A stretch of 64,000 bases of DNA from Azolla caroliniana. Taxonomy: Eukaryota > Plantae > Polypodiophyta. How positions within the stretch are numbered: position 1 is the first letter of the stretch; each line of letters opens with the position of its first letter. The position numbers were made by a program, and so were the translations under genes. The notes under the pieces are model-generated. The model was not told the DNA's origin and searched no databases. It saw nothing but the letters and a program-made list of their open reading frames with translations. The stretch lies in contig JBHGNT010000006.1 in the NCBI GenBank assembly GCA_043228905.1, positions 21,390,001 through 21,454,000 of the forward strand, read 5' to 3'. Shown here in pieces: positions 1-11,568 of this stretch.

Positions 1-783
1 AGGAGCATGTACATTGTAAGATTGTCTACATCCTCATCTATAGTGCTTATGTTTTAATGAGGGTATTCACATTCGTTTCCCTTGTTGTTTTAATGTGTTT
101 ACAATCATGCGGACAAAACGTTTCCAACATATCCATAATTAGATTTCTTTTTGACATAGTGTTAGATGATAATGACATTTTACAACTTCCAAACCAATAA
201 AATATTGCTATTCTCCTAGATATTTCATCGTAAAATCACATGCAAATTCCTTATCATCCGTACACAAACATAGACACATTTATTATACTTTCCGTAAAAC
301 TTCTATTTTGTACGTGCTTCATTAGCCTACCATACCATGTACATGATGCTTTTCTTTACCTTACAATACGAGATCATTACTACATATATATCCTTGCGGT
401 TGTACCATGTATACAATTTCATTTAAACTACCATTAAGAAAACATTTTTGACATCACTTTGATAGTTTTCGAAATTTGAATAACAAAAAGTAATATTACT
501 GATCTCGAGCTCCATAGCAGGTGAGGTGCACAAGTACTTTAACAATTTGCTTATCACATGGAATGGGGATAAATGGACTGTGATGTGGATGAATGCTAGA
601 ATGATATGTGGGAAATTCAATGATTCATGCATTAAAATGTAGCTGCTACTATGCATAAAAGAGAGGGTGTTGGACTTCCACAAGGAGGAACTGGAGGATG
701 CTATGAGGCAGGATGTAGTGTTGGGATGGGAGAGGATCAATAATGAAGGTTGGGCGTGGACTCAAGGGGAGGGTCTATGCCCT

Positions 784-1360
784 TGTTGGGAAATCGGTCC
801 CTCCGAATGGGATCCGGTTATGAATGAAGAGGACCTGACGAGAACCGGAAGAGATCCGGAAACCAGATCGGGTGGACCCGCTGAGAACCAGAAGAGAAGA
901 CATATTTGTACATATGTTTTGAGTAAGCCTATTGAGGCTATATTTGTACATAGCCCTAAGTTCATATAAGTATAAATATGACTTAGGGCAATCACTTAGT
1001 GTGTGGTTGTCATATTGTTGTATGTATAACTATTGTATAGAGCGAGTGACAATGAGAGATAGAGAGAGTGTGAGATACAGAACGACTTTTGTTGTAACCA
1101 CTGCTTGGCGAAGAAACAGAGCTTGAGGTCGTTGCCTCCAAGTCTCTAATTGTACTCTTTCTTCATAGTGTTAGTTCGGAGTCTGTGGGATCTCGTGGTT
1201 TTTCCCTATTAGGGTTTTCCATGTAAACATCTTGTGTACTCTCTATCGTTGTGTGTGTGTACGTGTGTTCACCCTCTATTTCCCATTTCTATGTTTCATT
1301 CTCATTGAAATGATTCATTACTCGGTTGTGGCCTAGTAGTATTCCATGCTTTTCTTTTCA
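784..1360 (+). repeat. 5' LTR of a Ty1/copia family A element, followed by tRNA-iMet PBS (1364-1375)
   Basis: Starts TGTTGGGAAATCGGTCCCTCCG, similar to the LTR start at 44042; TATAAATATGACTTAGGGC box near 971; ends TTTTCA, then atc-TGGTATCAGAGC. Confidence 0.85.
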
Positions 1361-1389
1361 ATCTGGTATCAGAGCGAACAACAAAGGAA

Positions 1390-2142
1390 ATGGAAGAATC
1401 GTTCGGCGGCATGTTCAAGCTCACCGACTCCAACTACTCAGTGTGGAAGTCGAAGATGAGGGATATGTTGGTGGTTAAAGATCTTTGGATGCCGGTTCAG
1501 TTCGGGGACAAGAGATCGAATAAGATTGACGCCACAGTGTGGGAGGTGATGTACATGAAGACGACGACATACATCCGGTGCTTCATTGACATGATCCTGT
1601 ACAACAACTTCAATGAAGAGAGCAAGGCTCATGAACTCTGGGAGAAGATAGGCATCATGTTCCAGAACAAGAATGATGTTAATCGGGTTTTGGTATTCCG
1701 GAAGCTAGTGAGGCTCCGGTACCAGGACGACTCTAGTATGGCGGAGCACATGAATGCCTTCCAAAGACTGATACACGAGGCAACCTCGTTGGAAGTACCT
1801 CTCACCGATGAGGTACTCACATTACTCCTGCTCGGTTCCCTCCCGGATAGTTGGGAGATGCTAGTTGTCATGTTGGGCAATGCCGGGCCGGAAGGAAAGT
1901 AGTTGTCCCTAGCAAGGATAAAATCAAGCTTGCTAGATAAAGAAGCTTGCCGGAAGGACCGAGAGTCCGGAACTGATCCGAAGGCCTTAGTCACGGAAGA
2001 TGACCACAATCGGGGAAGAGGCCAGTATCGGAGTCCCCAAAACCGGGACAAGTCGGGGATGAGGTCGAAGTCAAGGGGGAGGCCTACTTGCTTCTACTGT
2101 GGGAAGCCAGGGCACTTCCAGAAGAACTGTAGGCATTTCCGG
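1390..2142 (+). pseudogene. gag: copia family A gag (one internal stop) ending at the CCHC zinc knuckle
   Basis: ORFs 1390-1902 and 1903-2229: NYSVWKSKMRDML, LLLGSLPDSWEMLV, CFYCGKPGHFQKNC. Confidence 0.9.
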
Positions 2143-5100
2143 AATACTAATTACGCTTCGAATTCCGACTACCGCGACCGTGGTGGAATGTTCATAATGA
2201 AACATGAAGCGCACTCGATGTCCGCCTAGGCTTCAACTAGCGCCTCCACCTCAAATAATGTATGGTTTGTCGATTTAGGAGCGTCAAATCACGTGACGTC
2301 TCATGAAGATTGGTTTTGGGAACTACGGAATCCAGAACGTGCCAGATATGTTGAAATAGGAGATGACACGACTCATCCAATACAACATATCTGGAACGTC
2401 CCATTCGGAAATGACGAAAAACAAACCTACCTCAAGAATGTCATGCATGTCCCCACCATCACGAAAAACCTGGTCTCACTCGGCCAGATTGTCGAACAAG
2501 GAATGCAAGTATGATTCAACAACGATGGGTGTTTCATCAAAACATGCGGTCAAGTCGTAGCTCACAGTCGTCGTGAAGGATGTATGTTTATCTTGGAATG
2601 GAACGAGGTGAAGTCAACCATGTTAGCAAAGGGCCTCAAAGTCAAAACAGACTTAAATTTGTGGCACAAAAGAATCGGCCACATCAATCTCCAAAAACTT
2701 CAAAACATGCAAGCGAAAGGAGTGGTAATCAGACTCCCGAACTTTACCGCGAAGGAGATTATAGGCGTATGCGAAGCGTGCCAGTTTGGAAAGCAATACC
2801 GACATCCATTCCCAAAAGAGTGGAATGTGAGCAAAGGGATCTTGGATGTCATACATTCAGATGTATAGGGACTAGCCCAGACAAGCACACTCGGCAGATG
2901 CCGATATTACGTTACGTTCATCGACGACTTCTCCAGGAACACCTAGATCTACCCGATGAAACAAAAGAGCGAAGTGTTCGGATACTTCCAGAGATTCAAA
3001 GTCAAAGTCGAAATAGCCACGGATCGGCATGTACGCTGCCTTAGATCGGATTGAGGCAAAGAATACTTTTCGGATGAGTTTACGGCATCTCTCTGAAACG
3101 AAGGAATCCGACGAGAATTCTCATGCCGTCACACACTTCAACAGAACGGCGTAGCTGAGCGTAAAAACCGGCACATAGTAGAAGTCCCTTGGGCTGTGAT
3201 GAATGAGAAGAATCTGCCGAAATCGTACTAGGCAGAAGCAACGAACACGGCCGTATACCTCATGAACAGGTGCACAATCTCGATAGTACACAACATAACC
3301 CTGCATGAGAAGTTCTTTGGAAAGAAGCCGGACTTACCAAACCTTCGTATTTTCGGCGCAATCACGTACGTACACATTCCCGACGATACGCGACAAAAGC
3401 TGGATCCGAAGTCAGAGAAATGTATCCTCGTAGGATACTCACTTGAACAAAAGGGGTACAAATGCTACAACCCATCTACCCGAAAAGTTCGAACAAGCCT
3501 AGACGTAGACTTCGACGAATATGCATCTTGGTATGCACCAGAGAATACTTCGACTCCAACTCCGCTCGATGCGAATAACGGCGAAATAGAAATAGAAACT
3601 GAGGATCGGCTCATGCAGATGTTTGAAGACAACCCAATCTCAACATGGCTAAGTGGGCCATCAGAGCCGCTAGGGATCAAAGCACATCTCGGCCGAGTCT
3701 GAAGCTAGACAAAGGGAAGGCGAAAATGCGGGAATATGAAGATCAGGAAGAGACTGAGGTGCTTCACTCTCTCGACAATGAATTTGAAGGTCTCGACACT
3801 CAGACAAATGGAACGAGGAAAGCCATAGTCCCTACGGATGCAAAGCTACGTCGGGCCACCCGTGCAAAAAACCCCGTAAGCCGTTTCGGCTATGACGAGT
3901 ACATGGCGTATCATTACGCGTTCATGATGAAGGTAGCGTTAGTACAGGAGCCGAAGGCGCTTTCCGAAGCTGTACAGGATCTGCGATGGGTCGATGCAAC
4001 GAATGAGGAAATGGAGGCGTTATGCAAAAACGAGACCTGGGATCTCGTTCCTCACCCTCCGAACAAGAAAGCAATTGGCTGCAGGTAGATTTACAAAGTG
4101 AAACACAATGCCGACGACTCCGCAAATCTCTTTAAAGCACGGCTCGTTGCGAAAGGATACGTGCAAATGCACGACATCGACTACGAAGAGACCTTTGCTC
4201 GGTGGCAAAGATGACAATTGTGCGGACCGTAATTGCCATCACGTCAGCAAAAGGGTGGCACCTCCACCAGATGGACGTCAAGAATGCCTTTCTTCAAGGC
4301 AAATTGGAAGAGGAGGTGTACATGATCCAACCACCTGGTTTTGAATCGCACAGTCATCCGAACGTCGTATGCCAACTCAAGAAGCCTCTCTACGGCCTCA
4401 AACAAGCACCACGGGTGTGGCACTCGTAGATCACGCAGTATCTTCATCAGATCGGATTTCGAATGTCAAAATACGATACTTCTTTATACATCCAAAACGA
4501 GTTGGATAGCCCGATTGTCATAATCCTTTACGTGGACGATTTGGTCATCGGAGGATAAGCTCTAGCCGAGAATAACAAGGTCAAATCACTTCTTTCTAAC
4601 AAATTCGAAATGAAAGACTTGCACGAGCTCCATTATTTCCTAGGCATTGAAGTAATTCGAACACCAGTTGGAATAATGATATGACAACGACACTACATCC
4701 TCAACTTACTCTACAAGTTCGAAATGACGGAGTGCAAACTTGTGTCTACCCCTCTTGATCGTAATTTCAAGATCGATGCTAACTCCGGCACGGCCGAGAG
4801 CGAGCTGACTGAGTATCGTCAACTGATCGATAGATTAATTTATCTAACCATCACGTGACCCGACCTCAATTATTCGGTCGGCCTGCTTAGTCAATTTATG
4901 CAAAATCCGTGAAAACTTCATCTGGATTGCGCTACGCGGATACTTTAGTATGTCAGCACGACGATGGATTATGGCATCATGTATAAATCGAATATGATCA
5001 TTCGACTCGAAGGGTACACAGACGCAGACTGGGCACGATACAAAGAAGATAGACGATCCACATCCCGATTCATCTTCTCTCTTGGTAGTGGAGTGATCTC

Positions 5101-5464
5101 CTGGAGGAGTAAGAAGCAAATGACAGTCGCACTATCGAGCACGGAGGCCGAATACAGGGGCGCGGCGGTCGCCGTGTGCGAAGCTGTATGGCTCAAGCGT
5201 ATACTGAAGGAGTTGGGCGTACTCATCAAAGATCCAATTCTTCTATACTGCGACAACATGAGTAGTATCTACCTGGCGTGGAACCCCGTATTCCACGCGC
5301 GGACTAAGCACATCGAAGTACACTATCATTTCATCCGTGAGCGTGTACAGGCCGGTGATATCGATTTCAACATATCAGTACGCACCTCCAAGTTGCTAAC
5401 ATTTTCACGAAAGCCCTTGGTATCGACAAGCTACGACAGTTCATGTCGAACCTTGGCTTATATC
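2143..5464 (+). pseudogene. pol: degenerate copia family B pol (PR-INT-RT-RH) fused to the family A gag
   Basis: WFVDLGASNH protease, LWHKRIGH/CEACQFGKQ integrase, [15 protein letters not shown] near 4529, ARTKHIEVHYHFIRE; many stops and frameshifts. Confidence 0.9.
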
Positions 5465-7473
5465 TGTCGAAGTAATATGAGGGTTGCTCGCGAATCACAT
5501 TTTATATTTCCTAGTAGATCCCTATAAAAAGGGTCTGGAATTGGTGTAATTGGTTTAACGGAAGTAATATGAGGTTAGTGTTTGTTTTAATTCTATTGGG
5601 TCTCTATGTACTTGTCGTTTTGCGCTTTAATTGTTAATCTTACCCGTGTTATAACTATTCTACTTTGTCTTAACAATCCGGAAGTAACTGGAGTCAGAAT
5701 TGGATAGCCGGATAACATCCATCCATTAACTACCCCTTTGGTGAAGTGTTTCGGAACGAACACCATGTGTTTGAGGGTAAGTACAGCCTAGAGTAAACAT
5801 AGTTTTGGTGACTAGGTTTCCTGCAAACTGCAGCGAATGATGGGAAATGGACGACTAGACCAACAAACGACCCAGTTGCTGAATGAGTCAGAAGACTAGC
5901 TGAGACACTGCGGACGCGGCAGGCCTAGCAGCAAGCGGTCGAGGAGATCCAACAGGATTGGTCTTTTACTTGAGAGGTTCGGCGAGTCACGGAGGAGACA
6001 ATCAGGTTGCAAACTCAGCAACATTCAGACGAAGGCAGTAGCTTGAGTAGTCGGGGACACAAAAGCCTAACCACAGGCGTTGGGGACACAAAAGCATTTT
6101 CGGCATTTGAGTCAGAGTCGAACAACGAACACAACGTTCACTCCAACTACCGATCCAGTCACGATACTCTGAACGAATCGGAGGAAGACGGATCGAAGCA
6201 CACACCGACACCGAAGTTGGAAGCGACGACACCACTGGCACACGAGGAGAATCCAGATCGAAAATCAGAGGAGATAGACAATCACATACCGACACCACCA
6301 CCGGACTGACAATCAGAGGAGACGGATGATCGCATTTCGACACCACCACCGTACCGACAATCGGATAAGAAGGACGATAGGCGTATTGACGCCACCACTG
6401 GAATGACTGGTAGACGATGACAGCATGTCGTACACATACCCCAAATACAGAGAAGAATTGGATGCAGAACGCCTGTTTGCAAACATGGGAAGCCAACCAT
6501 GTTTCACAACGACTGACGGAAGCAAAAGTAGAGTGGTAAAAAATTGGGGAATTCAGCATGACCCTAGAGGGACCGGCGGCGAGATGGCACACAAATCATC
6601 TTCGGGTATCCTCACCACTTTTCAAGCCCTACGGGATAAATTTCTGCGATTAGTTCACCGACAGGTGGAGCAGAGGGAGCTCGTCGAACAATTTTATATG
6701 GTATATCAGGAACCCAATGAGGCAGTCCCACAATTCATCATCTGATTCTAGACACTGCATAGTTAGCTTAGAATGGTACCTCCAGAGAACGAGGCAAAAA
6801 CAGTCTTTTTGGTCGTGCTTCGGGAGCCTCTCTAGACAATGCTATCAGTGCTGGACTTCACGACCAACACCATGGATAAAGTCACCAACCGGGTGCGGGA
6901 AATGGATAAGGCCCAAAACAGTAATTACCTGGTGATGGGGGCCTTGCAACGAGCACTGCCTAGAGATGAAGACTTGAGATTTTGGCAGGCAGTGCTATGG
7001 ACAACATGCGTCAACCACCACCACTCCAAATTGGAATGTACAATGTGGACCCAGTGCATGTTGCATCACTCCTGGTCACGCACCATGGAGAGGTGTGAGT
7101 ACAATATCTTAAATCAGCAAGCAACACCAGTCTGACACATTGAGCCCCAGGGTGAGCGACGACCAAACGAGGACTGGTTCTAGGAAGATGATCGATACTG
7201 GCCGAAACGCGGTTCACTATGATGACAAACGAAGAGAAGATTATGACCGAGACCGCTACGAAAGGGATTACTCTCCGGATTATGATCGGTGAAGAGACGA
7301 AGGAAAGTTTCTGGAATGGAAAATCTGCTTTGTCTTAACAATCCGGAAGTAACCGGAATTAGTTGGATTGGAATCGGATAGCTGGATAACATCGATCCCT
7401 TAACCACCCCTTTGGGGAAGTGTTCCGGAACGGAAACCCTTTGTTTGAGGCTAAGTCCGGCCCAGAGTAAACA
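5465..7473 (+). mobile_element. internally deleted Ty3/gypsy remnant (degenerate gag, two LTR 3'-end copies), related to the element at 59500
   Basis: Direct repeat 5663-5799 / 7328-7473 ending AGAGTAAACA, first copy followed by a TGG PBS-like site at 5806; MSYTYPKY.. and ERCEYNILNQQATPV resemble MAFAYPRF.. and DQCEYNMLNRATPV at 60-61 kb. Left boundary approximate. Confidence 0.65.
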
Positions 7474-8511
7474 TTACCGGTTCCGGGGAAACCAGAGTAA
7501 ACAGTACCGGATCAAGGCCTTCAAGAAGCGACAGGAGGCGAAACCGGACCCAGAGGTGGAGGACGAGGACACCAACGAAGACAGGGAGCCAAACGATAAC
7601 CAAACTAATGACATATCAGAACAGGATGAGTAAGAGTCCAACCAGAATCTCCACAACTTCACTATTTGGCACATGCCGAAGGATGTGTAGTTTGGTGGGG
7701 GTGGATGTCGTGGAGGATTCCAACAATTAGCAGAAAGGTTTGTCAGACGTGTGTGAATGGGGATTTTCCAGGATGCACATGAAAGGTCCTTTGGATAAAA
7801 CAACTATAAATATAAGGTATTAATAAGTACAAGATAGGAGCATTGAATAGGTGCTTTACGGATCACGCAAAAAGAGGGGAATAAAGTGTGTAATACCAAG
7901 AAATCAGGCGAGACGATCACTAACAGAAAACAGCTGCCTTAAACAATTGATGTAACACCGACCCTCCTGGAACTATAAAAGGAGGGAAGGAAGACCGTTT
8001 TAGGGATTCATCATTTTGGAAGCGAAGACGTTGTCGGTTTGTGCTCTGAGTTTTCTGGTTTTTTGCTCTGTGTATTTGGTTAGGTGCTGGTGAGACCTCA
8101 GCTTGCGTAGGTAGCTCATGTGCTCCCGACCAGAGGCTCACCAGTCAGTGTGTTCTGTTGAGCACGAAGCTCCGTTTATTGGCCTACAAGCTATTCTTTG
8201 TATTCTTTCTGTTAAGCGATTTCTGAGTTTATCGTATCCGGGTAGTCATCCTGTGATCCCCACTCATGTCTCTCTCTGTTTTGTGTCCATTTTAGTTTCC
8301 TATCTGTTGCATCACGGGGGGACTCACTTCCCTTTGCCTTCGTTCTTGTGTGTCTATTACGGTATGTGAGGCTGTCTGTTCATTTAGGGAATCTGGCAAC
8401 CGAGCTAGTTAGTCACTGTAGGCTTTGAGGTCTCTTTCTCTCTTTGGCTCCTTAGTTCAAGGCCCCGTTGGTCCCTCCCTATCCGACAGGTACACACAAA
8501 TATCCGCGACA
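7474..8511 (+). mobile_element. 3' end of a Ty3/gypsy element: probable integrase tail, PPT and 3' LTR (7706-8511)
   Basis: QYRIKAFKK plus acidic tail; PPT GGTGGGGGTGGA; LTR with terminal inverted repeats TGTCGTGGA...TCCGCGACA; copia RT resumes right after 8511. Confidence 0.7.
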
Positions 8512-10262
8512 ACATATGAACTGATTGAGTTGCCGAAAGGAAAGAAGGCACTCCAAAACAAGTGGGTATACAAGCTGAAACCGGGAGAAAGCTGAAATTC
8601 ACCTAGGTACAAAGCCTGCATTGTGGTGAAGGGCTTCCGACAAAAAATGGGTGTGGATTTTGATGAAATATCTTCTCCCACAATCAAGAGGACATTGCGG
8701 CCAACATGAATTTAGAGATAGAGCAGTTGGATGTCAAAATTGCATTTCTGCATGGAGATGTCAAGGAAGAGATCTACATGCAGCAGCCAGAAAGGTTTGA
8801 GGTAAAAGGAAAGGAAAACCTTGTATGTTGGCTAAGAAAGAGCTTGTATGGGCTAAAACAAACTCCCCATCAATGTTACAAGAAGTTTGAATCGTTCATG
8901 GTGGACCATTGATTCTACAAAACACAAGCTACCAATGTGTTTCTGTGAAGAAGTATGATGGAGGAGATTTCCTAATCCTCCTGTTGTATGTTGACGATAT
9001 GTTGATTGTTAGATAGGACTCAAACAGGATTCTACATTTCAAAAAGGCTTTGGGTAAGTCTTTTGCAATGAAGAATATGGGTCCAACAATGCAAATTCTA
9101 GGAATGCACATAGTTTGGGACCAAACAAAGAGCATGGTGTGGCTATTACAAGAGAAATATGTGACAAAGGTGCTCCAGAGATTCAACATGCAGAATGCTA
9201 AACCGGTCAATTTGACACTGCCGACAAATAGCAAGTTGAATGCCAGCCAATGTCCAACGACGGAAAGGGAAAAAACTGAGATGAGGAAGATTACATATGC
9301 CTTAGCTGTTGGAAGCCAGATGTATGGAATGGTATGTACTAGGCCGAACATTGCGTATGCTATTAGAACAATCAACCGTTACATGACCAATCCCGGAAAG
9401 GAGATTGGGCTGCATTGAAGGGAGTGCTTAGATACCTAAGATGCATCTCAAGTATTTGCCTAAGATATGGCTCAGGTAAACTTGTGCTTGAAGGGTTTAC
9501 GGACACTGAATGTCGGCTAATACTAATTCCAGCCTATCCACATTTGGGTATGTAATGACCTATGCAGGGGGAGCCGTCTCCTGGCAGTAGGTCGCAAAAG
9601 GGTGTGGCTTTGTCGACCACAGAAGCTCAGTACATGGGTGTTGTAGAAATTGGCAAGGAAGTAATATGGATAAAGAATTTCATTGGTGAGTTAGGGATGA
9701 GACATGATCATTTCCTACTACAATGTGACCTAGGTATCAAAGTGCCATCCACCTTGTGAAGAATGCTGCCTACCATTCTCGAACAAAGCATATCCATAAG
9801 CGATATCACTAGCTGAGAGAAAAGGTAGTTGAAAGGCAATTTGCACTTGTAAAGATCCATATGAACAATAATGGATTGGACATGCTGACAAAAGTGTTGA
9901 CAATGGATAAACTGAAAGCATGACCAATGAAGATAGGTCTGTTGGACTGCCCCATATAAGAGTGAAGGGGGAGTTTGTTGTCAAAAGATGTACCTCTTGA
10001 TGGGCGAAGAGTCGGCTAAGTGCTATGAGCCGACTATCCGTTGGCTAACCAACTATGTGTCGGCCAAGACCCGACTATGTGTTGGCTAAGAGCCAAATAT
10101 GATTGGTTGGGAGCCGATTCGGCTAAGGGCCATTGTAATTAGCTAGGGAAAAATATTTAAATACATACATATATGAATGTATGCAAAAACCCTAGGGGTA
10201 TATATTATGACGGTGCGCCGAAGCAGAAAATATAGTGAACAGAACCCTAACCTTTCGCTCAT
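8512..10262 (+). mobile_element. 3' half of a degenerate copia family A element (RT-RH, PPT 9961-9975, start of 3' LTR at 9976)
   Basis: TYELIELPKGKKAL, EQLDVKIAFLHG, YVDDM, VALSTTEAQY; AGTGAAGGGGGAGTT followed by TGTTG. Confidence 0.85.
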
Positions 10263-11568
10263 AGTAAATAATCGAGTGTGATTCTATACAACAAAATAGA
10301 TTAGAGTGTGTGTGTGAAAGAGGAGAGAGGAGAGACACAAGATAGATAGAAAAATGAAATACTCAAGATGTATATTAACAAGAAGTAGAGAACAACTACA
10401 TAGAGATAATGAGCACTACAATGGATATTAACAGACACTTACAAAACACCCTCTCACTAAACCACTCACTCACTCTCTAGAAACTTGGGATTGAGGAATC
10501 TCATTAACTATGTGTCATAGAGTGTAACTCCTATGACACATGAGTTACGTTACAAGACTCATTGATAATGTGTCATAGAATGTAACTCCTATGACACATT
10601 AGTTATATTACATAGTGGTGGTGTGTAACTCCCTAGTGTGTAAAATGGGTTAAGCTTGATTCTCAACACACCCCTTCAAGCTCAACTTTCAGCTTTAATC
10701 GGCTTTTGGTTTTCAGCTTTCTGATGCTTGTCAGTTGTCCGTCTCTGTCGGTGTTCGCTTCGACTGGTATCCGGTTCTCTCTATTACTCCCCCTCAAGCT
10801 TGGCAAGTTAGCGGTCTTCAAACCAAGGTTTGACGTGAATTGTCGAAGCTTGTCAGATCCTAGGGATTTCGTGAATATGTCGCCTATCTAAAATTTTGTA
10901 TTGATGTGCTAAAGGTGGACATCCCCTACAAGGAAACATTCTTGGATGATGTGGTAATGCACGTCAATGTGCTTTGTCGGAGGATGGAAGTTCGGGTTTC
11001 GAGCAAGATGCATATTGTTGAGATTGTCCCAGTAGAGCAAGATTGGATCATTGATGGAGATGTCCAAATCCTTTAGTGTTGTTGATCGTCGGTTAGCTTT
11101 GTAGCCATCCCAATCGACATCCCTATCCCTTTCAAGTTGAATTGGTGTAGTACATTGTTCCACTCACGTATCGTAACACTTCCTTAGCATAATCTAAATG
11201 AATATCTCGTGGAGTTTGCATGAATTGACTAAGGAGGTCAATTGGATAGCTAAGGTCGGATCGAGTGATCATGAGGTAGATAAGTCTACCAAAAAGTTGT
11301 CGATGGTGTGTCGGCTCACACTTTGTGTTGTTGGACTTAGCATTGAGTTTGAGGTTTGAATCGAGAGGAGTAGCGACAGGCTTACACTCTGTCATCTCAA
11401 ACTTCAAGAGTAGATTGAGGATATAGTGTCGTCGGGAGATCATAATGTCGTCAGAGATTCGAATTACTGAAATGCCTAGGAAGTAATGAAGGTCTTGCAT
11501 GTCCATCATGTCGAATTTAACGGAGAGGAGGGTTTTGAGCTTGTTGATGTGGAGTAGTTGTTCACCGC

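Noticed and set aside
517-783. Nearly open frame AGEVHKYF..GLCP (possible exon or old gag)
   Set aside because: One internal stop and no recognisable motif; cut by the LTR at 784; cannot be assigned.
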